Assembly (NCBI GenBank): GCA_043228905.1
Contig: JBHGNT010000014.1
Span: 5,146,001-5,210,000, forward strand
Source of the DNA: Azolla caroliniana
Lineage: Eukaryota > Plantae > Polypodiophyta
Reading direction: 5' to 3'
DNA: 64,000 nucleotides
The position numbers and the translations under genes are program-made. Position 1 is the stretch's first letter. Each line of letters starts with the position of its first letter. Positions 34,492-47,758 of this stretch are shown in pieces. The notes under the pieces were generated by a model that ran no database searches, was not told the origin of the DNA, and saw nothing but the letters and a program-made list of their open reading frames with translations.

Positions 34492-34928
34492 TAACAATCG
34501 GCAACGGTTCGGTTTGAACTGAACTGAATTGAACCGTGAAAACGTGGCTTAATGGCTTAACGGTTTAAATGGTTCAGTTCAAGGTCAAGCTTTTGTAAAT
34601 GGTTCAGTTTGAGGGTTTACTGGTTGGGTTTGAGCCTTCATTTGCTTAACGGTTTTCGCTTTAAATGGTTTAAAAAATTTAAATGTGAAATTCTGAATTT
34701 TGACCTTAACCTAAAAACCAAAACCTAATTGCCAAACCGCGTTTTTAATGGTTTAAAAGTCTCTAAAACCATTTTGGTTTGAGCTTGAGTTTTTTGTAAC
34801 AGTTTGTTTTTTAAAAGTTTTGGTTTAAACGGTTTCATGGTTCGGTTCGGTTTTAAGCTTCAAATTTTTTAGACAGCTTGAGTTTGACACTCTCAAACTG
34901 AACCCAATTGAACAGTTGCCAATTGTTA
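34492..34928. mobile_element. MITE-like element (hAT-like), with a degenerate relative at ~41037-41720
   Basis: Imperfect TIR TAACAATCGGCAACGGTTC / GAACAGTTGCCAATTGTTA with internal AACCG/GGTTT repeats; no clean TSD. Confidence 0.5.
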
Positions 34929-36021
34929 ATAATGTCTACTTTGTTGAATTATGCTTTTTGAGTATGACATATGTATAGATAAGCTTAATGTATCAAACAA
35001 AGGGCCCAAGGACACACAAAAAAACTCCGAGCTAGCAAAATGGGCCAATTAATTTTCTTTGCTGGAGTTCCCCACACACTAGCAATAAGCAAATAGACAA
35101 TGACTTTTTGTTTGTCCACTCCGGCAAGGAATGGCATTAAAGAACTTCATCATATGACTTGTTGAACATCAAGAATAACGAAATTTGGCCTCCAACCCAC
35201 AACCAATTAAGGCTTAAATGAAGTTGGTGCATGTCCCACACACCGAGTAAATTAATCTTACGACTGTAGCTTCACATGTATTCAGTGAGTGAGTGAGAAC
35301 ACTACTAAGGCATCAACTCTTCAACACACACAAAAAAAGCAATTCAAGCCAATCTTAGAGAGGTTGCCTCTACCAAACAAAAGGGATAGTCAGTCATAAA
35401 GAGGGTTGTATAATATGCATTTAACCTAACACTTTTCTACAGCTTGAGATTTCGATTTCACAAGAATGAGTTATTGCTCATTTCTTCTTGGTGTGATGAT
35501 ACATGATTTAGCACCATTTCGTTTGTTCCCAAGAAAAATGTGGCCTTCAATGAACAAAAAACACGAGCTCTACTGGTCAAAATACATTAAATTGCGATAA
35601 AGGATATGTTGGGTGAGGGTTTTTCAATGGTGTTGCAATGAAGGAAGAAACATGGGTCGAAAGACTCACGATAAATTGTTCCACGAAACATTCATTATGT
35701 ATAGTCTATAGATATAGATGGGATTAAGCAATGAGGCCAGAATGCATTTAATGATCATAAATAAACACCCAAGGTAATCAAATACTACTACATATACAAA
35801 GCTCATTAGACATAATCTGGTCGGTCTCTCACTCTTTTTTATGAGATTAGGAAAGTTAAGATCCAAAATAAATATGTAAAATGATGGGAGATTTTTTTGT
35901 GGTCTGGCAAATCGGGTGGTTAGAGTTTTGAATGAATTTGCGGGAGAGACAAGGCCCCGAATTGAGGCACCGATCCGACCCAATTGAGACCCCGATCGGA
36001 TGACAAACCCGACATTGTGCC

Positions 36022-37545
36022 TCAAAAGAGGGGGCCGAGCGAGTTTTGAAGTAGCTTGACCACGGCTTGCCATCCGGCTTCGGTGGGGTGAATGAGATCG
36101 TCCCAATAGAATTGGGACTTGGGGTCAGGGCAAAGGCTATAGGCGGGCTTGCCATCAGGCCCGAAGTTGCTACACTTGCTGGTGGGGGTGGTGCCGGAGC
36201 AGCAAGGCTTGAGGCGGGACGACTGGGCGGACAAGAATGCGGAGTAGAGGTCGAGGTTCACAATGGACCCGTTGGCGAAGTAGTGGCGCAAGCCGAGCAC
36301 ATTCTTGAAGACGCGGGCATTGTGGGGTTGGGCGACATTGGCGGTCCAAGAGTCATTGCAAGAGTGGAAGAAGCCGGGCTTGGTGGCCACGGGGAGGCAC
36401 CCGGTGGGCGGGAGGTACGTGACGGCGAACTTGCGGAGGCCGAGCTGGTAGAGGCGGATGAGGTCGGACGAGATCTGCTTGCCCACGGACACGGTGAGCG
36501 GGTAGATGCCTTCGATCGGGGAGTTCTGGACGGTGAGGTAGTGGAGGTAGTCGTCCCCTGCGGTAGTGTAGAGGGCCACGGAAGAGGCCAAGTCGGCCGA
36601 GCTGAAGTGGGACACGATGCCCTGGAATTGGTCTATCTGGGATGAGATGGGCGGGTAGCCGTAGGCCGTTAGCACCCCGCTCCCCCCGGCCGCGAAATTC
36701 ACGCCCACGCTCCCGTTAATCCCTCCTCCATTCACGAGAAGAGTGTAGCTCACCGGAGGAGCCGCATTCAACGCGGAAGCTGCGATTCAATACATACATA
36801 CATACATATATATGAAACCCATTCATGATCAATTATGCAAATTTTTGAACACTATTAAAATTTTCAATGAGGACCCATTGCCATATGTGCTAGAATATCA
36901 ATGAAGCTCCATGCCAATGCCAATGCCAATGGTAGGGAGGTAGGTAGGTTTACACCAAGCAAGCATATTACACATTTTATTTAAAAGGGAGCCCCAATTA
37001 GGGCATGGATTAAGAGTTAGAGGCTACACATTTTTCCCCCCTCTTGTTGGGTTAGGGTTAGGATTAGGGTTAGGGCAAGTTGTAGTAGTAGTAGTAGGTC
37101 ATGGAAAACATGGAAACACAGAGAGTTATTTGACCTACCAAGTACATCGGTGAGGACATGGCCATCGCTATAGCGGCCTGAGGGTATTCCTGGCCATGTC
37201 TCTCCGTAAGGGACCGACCACGGATATGGCCTCCCCGAATCTTGCCTCTGCACATTGCCTGTGTCGCCATATGAGCTCCCAAACACAAACATCAGCTTCC
37301 CCCATGCGACACTGGCATTGCCTGAAACAAAGAAATCATCCCTCCAGAAAGAGGAGGAGAGGGATCAGATCAGTCTGTTAATAAATTTGAAGAAGCAGAA
37401 AGACGCCATGAGGAAAAAAAAGATTGATTCAGAGGGTTGAAGCTCTTCTTCATCTTCAAATGTGTTTTTTTCTTCTTCTTTTTTGCTTACCCAAGATGAG
37501 GCTTAGAAGACAGAACAGGAGAAGCGAGGGACCAGAACCTGCCAT
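36022..37545 (-). CDS. Secreted GDSL esterase/lipase, 3 exons (37545-37491, 37321-37139, 36779-36022), 331 aa
   Basis: Signal peptide MAGSGPSLLLFCLLSLILG; FVFGSSYGDTGN; PSGRYSDG; GVNFAAGGSG; AGDDY; YWDDLIHPT. GT/AG junctions are phase-consistent. Confidence 0.9.
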
Positions 37546-37739
37546 GACTACTGCCAATGACACTCTCCAGCCCCGCTTTCTCTCTACTCTACTCTGTTCT
37601 TTTTAAACAGAGTAGAGAAGAAAGAGTAGACAGTGTCTGAGAGAGAGAGAGAGAGAGAGAGAGTGGTATGTGTGATTGATTGTATGTGGAGGAAGCTTCC
37701 ATGTCACATACATACATACATACATACATATCTGTGCAT

Positions 37740-38070
37740 ATGTATGCATGTATGCACAATGCAACGTATGTATGTATGTATGTATGTATCAGTTTGTATG
37801 TATGTATGTATCAGTTTGTATGTATGTATGTATCAGTTTGTATGTATGTATGTATCAGTATGTATGTATGTATGTATGTATGTATGTATGTATGTATCAG
37901 TATGTATGTATGTATGTATGTATGTATGTATGTATGTGTTTGTGTATGTATGTATGTGTATAGTGTGTGTGTGTGTGTATGCAGTGTATGTATATACATG
38001 TATGTTTATGTACAATGCAACGTATGAATGTATGTGTGTATGTATGTATGTATGTATGTATGTATGTATA
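37740..38070. repeat. (TATG)n compound microsatellite upstream of the GDSL gene
   Basis: Read directly from the sequence. Confidence 0.95.
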
Positions 38071-41000
38071 ATGCAATGCACAGGAAAGCTTCCACTACTT
38101 CCCATTGCAAATTTGCACACATACATGGGGTTACAACTATAAAGCACATAGAAGAGATCCAAGCGAAAGAATTTAATATATTGAATAGAAAGCCAAGAGA
38201 GAAGAGACAAAAAGGTTTGTGTTAGTGACATTTTGTTGAAATCTACTTTTATGTCCTCTATGAAAGGAAATAAGAGCATGAACTCATTATGTATGTATAT
38301 GTAATGCATGTATGTGTGTAACGTAATTTGTCGTATCGGCAAACTGCCCAATAATACCAAACTTTGCACATACATGTAATGTATTTGCGTCGCATTGTGT
38401 CGTGCCTTCGACTATCTAGATGATTGAGTGACATATATTTACCAAACCTTTATTTTACCTCGTCATACATCCAAAGTCATCTCAAAGTCTTTCTTTCGCT
38501 AGGTGGAAAGCACTTGTGGCAGAAGCGAGTAGCCACTACTTTCTCTCTGTCACTATATCCTGTATATTATATTATAGTCCTCAAATAAGTTGTCAATGGA
38601 ATCAGAATGTGCTACCGACACAAGAAGCTCAAAAAACCATATGAATACAACCTTCTAACTAGAAGCTTCTCTCATGTTGTCATGTCACATCATACATGTA
38701 CAATTGTGAGCCTACCAATTTTGCTAGAATGGAAATAACTAGCAATGCATTAAACTCAGTAAATTTTTATTTGTATTGTATGTGGTCAAATAGTTTGTTG
38801 TAACTACTGAATCCTCAAGAGGATATAATAGTACAAGCATGTGCACATATACATACACAGCACTCACACTCCATATCAATATGCATGCTTGATGACACAC
38901 ATGTGAGGAGAAGTTTGAGCTACATATATCTTTGGAAAAAATTTGATATTAATTAAGTGAAGAAACGATTTGAGGAGTCGGAGCAATTGGACATTTTGCA
39001 CATATCTAGAGAAACACAAAGAATTTGGTACTTGCATATGAAAAGGGTGGTCATTAATGTTAAAGGGTCCATGCAATAAATAATAGTGTCATTAATGACC
39101 TAAGTTAGAGAGGTTCATTTTCTCGGATTAGAGCCTAGACACATATACATATGCCTTAAACCCTCTAAAAGAATTTGGAGAAAAAGCCAAAGAACAAATA
39201 GAAACTAATTACTAATTTAGCACAATAGGCTAAGTATGGAGCTAAGAAATGAAACGAAACATTAATCCTTGTAATCAATAATCAACAAGCTACATATTGC
39301 AATGATCAAGAAACCAAAGAGAAATTTTCAAATTTTGTAAGGAGTTACATTGCCGGCCTGGATTATTTATACCAGAAGTGTTGAATCAATACATGATACA
39401 TAAGCTTAATATGTTTAGTTAAAGTGTGTTCCTTTGCAAGATTTGTAGGAAACATTAGGTTCTCATATAATTTTTTATCCATGCCCAAATAGTTAAATCA
39501 GCAAACGACATTAATAATAATAATAACTCCTCTATTACTATGGTTGTGAGTTGCCAAAAATTTTAACAAGGTCTGCCTTTAATATGATTTGTACTATTAG
39601 AAATTTTAGAAGAGTGTCATTATTCAATGTCTTATGAATGTTATTGGCCAAAGCACCACAAGAGATTACCTTTTTACTATGACCAAAACTCATCCACGAA
39701 AGGAGCATATACCTTTCAATTTTTGCATGCAAATTTTGACTACAACAGAACATTATGACCTTATGACTAGGCAACGAGTCCTAGAAAAGTGCTAGCACAT
39801 TGTAAAAGTTGGGACATGTGGTTTCGGAAAAAACCAAGCCTCAAACCTCAACCTAAGCAATGGATTGACATATAAGTTTTTAGCAACCAAGAGTCTTAAA
39901 TGTTTTCCGAAATGGAACATATGTGATGACATGTTCTCTTGCCTTACCTTACAACAAAAGTAAGACATGTTCCCCGTCTCGTTGTGGAGCCATGGGTCCT
40001 CCAAAGTAAACTTATTGTTGAACACATGTATCATCATTAGAAAAAGTAGGCAAGTTTTTGTCTCAATCATAGACCTTTATAACATGGTTTTATAGGCCCT
40101 TGCATATATTTATGCTATTAGCTATAGTGGTGTTTAGTAAACTACAAAACATGCACATGAACCCTACCTTGGTGAACCAACCACATACTCATTCACCATG
40201 ATTATTGTTTTTCTTGAAAAATAAAAGGATGGTAAGTAAGTTTGTAAATGTTTTGGTCCTCCCTTAGAAAATTGACTTTATGCTATAACAAACAAAATGA
40301 TGGCAAGGATATGTAAATGATATGTCCAAACCTCACTCAGCTCATAAACAATGTATTCGCCAAGCATTTGTTGAAGCACATCAAGTAACATAGGAGACTA
40401 AATGAAATTTAACTTGATTATCTCGTTCACAAACATGCAAGTGCTATATACATAGATGGTTTAGAAAATATAAGATAATTGGTCATCGTCTTTTTGCATC
40501 CTTATTGGTTTGGGCTTATGTTCTTCTATTCCTTTCTTTTCCTCCACAATGCACATGCACATTTGCCAACAAAATCCAAAATGTCTTGAACCCAACTTGA
40601 TGGAAAAAAATAATCTTTTGTGTTTTTCTTTTTCCGTAAACATACAACTTCTCATCCAAGCATGATTGTAAAGGCATTGTTCTTACTTTTAAAATGTATT
40701 TGTAAACAAGTTGAAGGAGAACTCTATGGTCCCTATTTCTTTAAGCATTGAGAGTACAAAGTTATGTTCTTAAGCCATAACTAACAACAAAAGGATTCCT
40801 TTTGTATTTGCTTTATTTCATGCCATGAGTTTGATCAAAAGTAGCTCCCCAAACCTCAATTTCATAAAGGAATGTTTGAACATGGCATGCGTCTTTTAGC
40901 TTTGGATTGTGTTCTAGCAACATCCATTTCGAAATTCATCGTATTTTGTCATGCAAGCATCCATTATTATCGACTCTTTCCAATTGATTTTAACCAATTG

Positions 41001-42903
41001 AATCCTAGCCTTGTGTTTATGACTCTTCCTTTCTAATAGCAATTGGCAATGGTTTGGTTTGAATGTCTCAAACTCAATCTATTTTAAAATTTTGAAAACT
41101 AAATTGAAGCAAACCAAACTGCAAACCCTTCAAACTGAATTTGTCTAAATCAGACCATTACAAGGACTTTTAAGCTCCAAGCCAAATTGTTCAATAGATT
41201 TTTAAACTGTTAAGATTTGATTTCTTGGATCGTTTTTGGTTTTGATGCAAACTAAATCATCAAGGATTGTAATTGCTCAAATGATTTAAAGTTTAAACCA
41301 CAAACCAAATAGAGAGCATTGAAAACACTCAAAAGTCAAATATTCTTGAAGATTTTGATAATGCAAAACACTCATGTGATAAATATGAATGACGAGACTA
41401 TGAGACAATAGTGCTCAAACCCTAAATCTTAGAACTTAAATATCCTAAATTGAAAAACGAGAAAATATTGAACCTCAAATGTTAAAACTTATTAAGTACG
41501 TTATAGCTCTTAAGTTCTTAACCAAAACTTTATAAAGTTAATTCATGTTTAACCAATATTAGAAAAATGTCCTAACCCTAAACTATTGAAGTCATTTTAA
41601 CAGTAGTTTAAAATGAATTAAATTGCAAGCCATTAAGCCGAAAAAGGCTCGAATTGAACCCGTAAAACCCCAATCAAATTGTTTATTATTTTTCGCACCT
41701 AAATTGTTCTGATTGTTACTTTCTAGCAACTAGACAATTAATAACTGCCAACTCACCAATTAGTTTACTTGAAGGACACCTCACCTAGGAGGGTTGAAGG
41801 GCTACCTAAGTGATGTCTCGTTCCACATTCCACCATATCTCTTACCTTTGCCTCTCAAAACGCTTTTTGCACCCACCACAACCAAGATTCAAACTCGAGC
41901 TCTTCCCTATACAATGAATAGTTTTAATCACTTGCCTATTCATCCTTTTTATGATAAGGGACAATATATATTACATTGGATAGTTGTTCTTGTATATTCT
42001 AGAATCCAGTAGAGCATGGACATATCTAGAACTTTCTTTATATGCATGCTTGAGAAGATGAAAAGTCTTGTTTATTTAATTTACAATAATAAATTTATGA
42101 AATACATAAACGGTTAAACCTATCAATCAAAGTGATGATCATGGGGTTCATTTAACATTAGAGCTTGATACTCCTCCTCAACCTAGCTACCACCTACAAT
42201 AACAAATTGACCCAAGTTTATTGTTTGAGAAACTTCCCATCATTGGCCACTTGAATGAATATGCATGTCCATAACCATGAGTGTCCAGGCTCGAACCCCA
42301 CGATTTTAAAGCACAAACTTTCACAACTAAATGAAGGGCAATGTACAATCAATGTTGATCAACCAAAGGCTTATTGGACAATCATTTCATGATTACCTAT
42401 TTTCGAGTCTCTACTAAACAGATGTCCTTCGCATATGGTGTGAATGGGTCGTTTGGAATGAGAGATCGGAAGTGAAACCGAACATGAGTGTGATTGAAGT
42501 TAATGACCCTAGTGTATGTTGATATGATATGCCAGATGGACGCTACCATAGCGAAGTATCCTCGCGGACATTAAAGGCCTATTGATGATTCGATGATGAT
42601 AATTGGGAAATAGTTTGGCCGATATTTGATTAAATTGTGGGTTTTTGTTTTTCATTAGCTTTATAAAAAATGATAAGGAAACCAATCCCAATTGTACCGG
42701 AGAAGGATGTAACATGGCATGCGTGTGTTGTGGATCCAAATGCATAATGGTATGTATCTGATATGCCACATGATATGCTTCCATGGCATACCACATCAAA
42801 TGGCATTTTCCATGTCTCTGAGAGCTGGTCAAGTTGGGGGAGAAGGCAAGCAAATATGGGTCTCTCCACATGATGCTTCCATGGTGAATCACCATGATCC
42901 CCA

Positions 42904-45390
42904 TTGTCGTTGTTCATGTCTCTAAGGAGTGGTCATGTTGCAAGCAAATATGCCCTTTCATCCCACCTCAAGTTCTGCGGCAACAGGGGAACTCTGAAAC
43001 AGGGGAGGGAAGCTCATCACCACATCATCAAGCATGGCCATGATGCAGATATGGTCGTGGGAACAGCCCTTATGGACATGTATGCCAAGTGTGGTAGCTT
43101 CAAAGAAGCTCTCAAAACTTTTGATCTGTCTCCTCCACATCTCCGTGATGTGGTATCATGGAATGCCCTCATCTCTGCTTACATCGATCATAGACATGGC
43201 TTCCATGCCCTCGATATTTTCTTCAATATGCATAGAAATGATCATGTTCTCCCCACAAAAGTTTCTTTCCTTTTGGCCCTTAAGGCATGTGGTATTGAAG
43301 AAAGCATTGAACATGGTAGACGTGTCCATGATTATATTTTTAGATGTGGTATGACTCTTGATGAGGTCTATGGAAGCTCCCTTATTGATATGTACTCTAA
43401 ATGTGGTCATTTCGATGATGCTAACAAGGTTTTTCACGCGCTTTCGCATAAGAATGTGTTCCTGTGGGGTGCATTGATGGCGGGATATGTTCGATATGGA
43501 CTCAATTTCGATGCTCTTGAGCTTTTTGCCCAAATGCATCAAAATGGCATTAAACCTAATGCTGTTATCTTCTCGTGCACATTAAAAGCATGTGGATCAA
43601 TAAAAGCTTTGGAACAAGGAAGAGAGATACATGACCGAATCATTGAGAATGGTCTACATTCCGATGTCGTTGTAAATAATGCTCTTGTAGACATGTATGC
43701 CAAATGTGGTGAATTTGAAGAGGCATGGAAAGTGATGCATGAGGTATCGGCTCACCCCCAAAGTGAGAGATCATGGGGTGCAATCATTGGTGGATGTGTC
43801 CAACAAGAGCATTTTAACTCTGCTTTGCAGTTATTCGAAACCATGCAAGGAAAGGGTGTACATGTGAATGAGATCATATATTCTTGTGTAATGAAAGCAT
43901 GTGGTAGCATAGGAGCAATAAATGAAGGGCAAGTTTTGCATGATCAAATACTTAAGGGTAACCATGAATTGATGGTTGCCCTTGCAAACAGCATTATTGA
44001 CATGTATGCATCCTCTGGTTGCCTGGCAGAGGCACAAAAGACATTTGATATGTTATCGAAACGAAATGCAGCATCATGGGATGCAATTGTTTCTGGGTAT
44101 ATAAAACATGGATACGAAGACCTTGCCTTGAATCTCTTTGAGAGAGCATGTAATGAGAATGTACAAGTGAGTGAAGCTATGTTTTCATGTGTTGTAAAAG
44201 CGTGTGGGATGCAAGAGAATTCTATAAAAGGAAGATTGATACACGGACAAATAGTGAAGACATTTCTTGTGCCTGATGTAGTGGTGGTTAATAGTCTCAT
44301 AGATATGTATTTGAGTTGTGGAAGCCTAGATGAAGCTAGAAATGTCTTTGAGCTATCATCATCAAATCGAGATGTGGTATCGTGGAATTCTATCATGGGA
44401 GGGTATGTGCAATTTGGGCATGGACATTCAGCAATTGACTTGTTTTATCCAATGTATCTATCGCGCCAAAAACCTGACAGAGTAACTTACATATGCATGT
44501 TAAAAGCATGTGGAGGGACCGGCGCTTTGCCGCAAGGAAGATTCATTCATAGCCAAGTCATAGAAAGTGGATGTGAATCTGATGTGGCTGTAAGAGTCTC
44601 TCTTGTTGACATGTTTGCAAGATGTGGTCATTTAGAAGAGGCAAGAAAGCTGCTCAAAGGACCAGCGAAAAAGGATGCTGCTTCGTGGGCAGCTGTTATT
44701 GCTGGGTATGCACAACATGGGGAATCTACTGAAGCAAGAAAATGTTTCTATGCCATGGAAAAGAATGGGCTCAAGCCTGATGTGACAACGTTTACCGTGA
44801 TTCTAGCTGCATGTTGTCATGCCGGTCAAGTTGATGAAGGATACTGGTATTTCAATTCCATGAAGGAGAAATACGGAGTTTCACCTACGGTCGAGCATTT
44901 TAATTGCCTCATTGACCTATTGGGGAGGTCGGGTAGATTATGCGAAGCTAGCCAGTTATTGAAGACCATGCCAGAACTTCCTGATATCATGGGTTGGATG
45001 TCTCTACTAACTGCCTGTAGAAAATATGGTGATAAAGACTTGGGTCCAAAGTGCTTCAAAGAGATACTCAGCATTGATCCGGAGAATCGAGCTGCATTTA
45101 CCCTTATGTCAAACATCTATCGTGATGCTCAAATGTGGGATGAGGTTGGTAAGGTAGAGAAGCTTAGGGCATGTGCCAATGCATGGAAAAAACATGCCAC
45201 AGCATTGATCCAAGTCGATGGCGTTATGCATGAATTCGTGGTAGGGGATACTGATTGTCCACAACATGTTGTTGTGAACTCAAGGTTGAAAGCTTTGAAG
45301 TATCACATGGAAGAATTAGGTTATGTCCCAAGATTAGATATTGCCTCGGATATGGCCAATAGAAAGGAATCACATGAATGCACCCATTAG
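42904..45390 (+). CDS. PLS-class pentatricopeptide repeat protein with E/E+ domains and no complete DYW domain (organellar RNA-editing factor type); start uncertain
   Basis: 828-aa intronless ORF with repeated LVDMYAKCG / VVSWNALI / LKACG motifs, EHFNCLIDLLGRSG and HEFVVGD...LGYVP. First ATG is at 42916. Confidence 0.93.
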   Translation: MSLFMSLRSGHVASKYALSSHLKFCGNRGTLKQGREAHHHIIKHGHDADMVVGTALMDMYAKCGSFKEALKTFDLSPPHLRDVVSWNALISAYIDHRHGFHALDIFFNMHRNDHVLPTKVSFLLALKACGIEESIEHGRRVHDYIFRCGMTLDEVYGSSLIDMYSKCGHFDDANKVFHALSHKNVFLWGALMAGYVRYGLNFDALELFAQMHQNGIKPNAVIFSCTLKACGSIKALEQGREIHDRIIENGLHSDVVVNNALVDMYAKCGEFEEAWKVMHEVSAHPQSERSWGAIIGGCVQQEHFNSALQLFETMQGKGVHVNEIIYSCVMKACGSIGAINEGQVLHDQILKGNHELMVALANSIIDMYASSGCLAEAQKTFDMLSKRNAASWDAIVSGYIKHGYEDLALNLFERACNENVQVSEAMFSCVVKACGMQENSIKGRLIHGQIVKTFLVPDVVVVNSLIDMYLSCGSLDEARNVFELSSSNRDVVSWNSIMGGYVQFGHGHSAIDLFYPMYLSRQKPDRVTYICMLKACGGTGALPQGRFIHSQVIESGCESDVAVRVSLVDMFARCGHLEEARKLLKGPAKKDAASWAAVIAGYAQHGESTEARKCFYAMEKNGLKPDVTTFTVILAACCHAGQVDEGYWYFNSMKEKYGVSPTVEHFNCLIDLLGRSGRLCEASQLLKTMPELPDIMGWMSLLTACRKYGDKDLGPKCFKEILSIDPENRAAFTLMSNIYRDAQMWDEVGKVEKLRACANAWKKHATALIQVDGVMHEFVVGDTDCPQHVVVNSRLKALKYHMEELGYVPRLDIASDMANRKESHECTH

Positions 45391-47439
45391 AAGTAAAGAA
45401 ATGGAAAGCAATGACACATCCATGTATATCAAGGTATTACACATTGCCACTTTTTGTGGAATGTTTATCATCAAAGATCAAATTTACACATTTAACTCAT
45501 TAATTTTTACTAATGAATATAATCATAAATTTCAAGATTCATCTCAAATATGTTATTAGTTTCTAACGATCCACCAAGCACAAACCTCCACTATTAAATG
45601 TTTGCTATAAAGATCTATTCACTTAAATAAACCATTTTTCAGTTACATCAATACCCTATTTGTCTCATTGCTAATCAACAAGTATGATAAGGTTATTTCC
45701 ACATTGCATCGCCCTTTATGAACACCTTATCAACATCTTAAGATACCACCATGTTCAAAAGAAAAGATATTGAACAAGACATGTGATTATTTTCATTGTG
45801 TTCATTTTGTTATAGTTAAAATAAGTTACTGCTTGCAGGACATCAACAACTTGAAAGAACTTTGAAGATGTGAATTTGAATGGAATCCATTGTAGAATCC
45901 GTGAATTTAGCACTGCATTTGGTGTAAGAAAGAAAAATTCCAAATGCCATTAAGTTTTCTTTACTTTCATAAGTGCACTTGGTCAATCACATGTCAACCA
46001 ATTATATATGGTATTCAAGTAATCATATGCTCGATTCATCCCTTTTTCTATCCTTCAGGAATTCTATAAACATTTTGGGAATTAATAAATAATTAGGGAC
46101 ATTTTAGAGTTTTTCTCAAATAATGATATATTCCAACCATATTCTAATCATACATATTCGCATTTGTGGGGGTTTCCAAACGAATGCATGAAAAGCATTC
46201 GTTAAAAAAAAAGAGAGTTCATAAACTCCCTCCTTTTTAGTTTCCTAGATATAAAAAAGGGACTTCACGATAAAAAGGGGGACAATAAAAAAGGAACTTG
46301 ACATTAATAAATTTTTATAATAAATGTACAAGTATTCATTTTATTTTTAATAAATAAATAATAAATGAATAAAATAAAATAAAAGTTAATTAATTTCCCA
46401 CTTTTTATTCTCCCAAATTTTATGGATATTTTTATCTTATATTAAAAATGAGACTTCACACTAATCATATTTCTATAATAAATATAAAAATATTCATTAA
46501 AAAAAAAAGGTTCATAAACTCCCCCCTTTTTTATTTGAGACTACAAAGGAGACTTAATACTAATCATATTTTTATAATCTATTAATGAATGATTGTTCTT
46601 TTTTTATTGAATTAAATAAATTTTTCCAAAAAATGAATTAACTATTTTTTTATATTTATTTTGCAAAACGAATGGTTTTATAGTATTCTTGGGGCCATTT
46701 CATATTCTCCAATATTCCGAATATCACGAATATCACACATGTGTCAATCTATGATTCTAATAATTTCAAAAGTCTTTATTATACAAATTAGTGGGATAAC
46801 TAATAGTTAACAAGTAATTAATTATGTTTTTTTTTCCAAAAAAATATTCTTCATTAGTAGAAATTCTACATACATGACGAAATGATTAGTCTTACAACAT
46901 TATAAAGGATGTAGCCATGATAGGCCAATAACAGAGCTCAAAGACTTAGAGTGGAAAACTAAAAAGAATGGCATGATTGAACTTCTATATGTAATGACCG
47001 GCTAGCGAAACCCCTTTGAGTATGATCTCATCCTCACCTTCTTCCATTGAACGATGAACACATACTAGTGCCTTTGACTTAGCTGAAAGTTTCTATGGAC
47101 TACTTCAACACCTGCTTCAACTATTGCATTTGATGACACCAAAATTCCCATGATGCCCAGACAACTATTTTCTTCAACATGTGTCGACTTAGCCTTATGC
47201 AAGCTGATCGAAAGACTTTATATCTTCATTGAGATCTACATTAGAAAAAGTTCCTTCCAAATCTTCAAGGTGTTTCTCTACAGTCTTCGAGGTTGCATTT
47301 TCCTTGCTCCGTTTATCACAACTACACCATCACAGACATGTAGAGGATTCATACTTTCATTGATTTCTGTTGACCGAACCTAGTATCTTGATCTTCATAA
47401 TCTGCATTCTCCAATGTGACATTATCATTATTCCGGTTC

Positions 47440-47720
47440 CTCTAGATGGGAAGAGCATGAGTTGGATCAAGTGACCTCAACTCGGCCGAGGCTGAAAATC
47501 GACTGGCCGAAAAATCGACTAATAATCGATTTGGCTAATAGCCGAATTGGTAGAAGCCGACTCGGGGCTATAATTGTAAATAGACTCATTGTGCCCTTAG
47601 TGGGCTATATTTGTAAATAGCCCAGCTTGTATATGAGTAAAAAAAACTTAGGGCAAGTAGTTAGAATGTGTGTTGATTATTTGTTGTACAGTTACTATGG
47701 GTTGTTGCCTCTGTAACTAG
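47440..47720 (+). mobile_element. Degenerate Copia-LTR-like fragment related to the B/D LTRs; bounds approximate
   Basis: GGCTATATTTGTAAATAGCCC...CTTAGGGCAA matches the B LTR. Confidence 0.5.
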
Positions 47721-47721
47721 A

Positions 47722-47722
47722 G

Positions 47723-47758
<36 letters not shown>

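Noticed and set aside
35160-35326. Possible small solo LTR (TGTTGAA...TTCAACA)
   Set aside because: No TSD and no second copy in the window.
37633-38375. ORFs of MYVC/HTYI repeats (also 27372-27890, 55549-55841, 62445-62761)
   Set aside because: They are translations of microsatellites.
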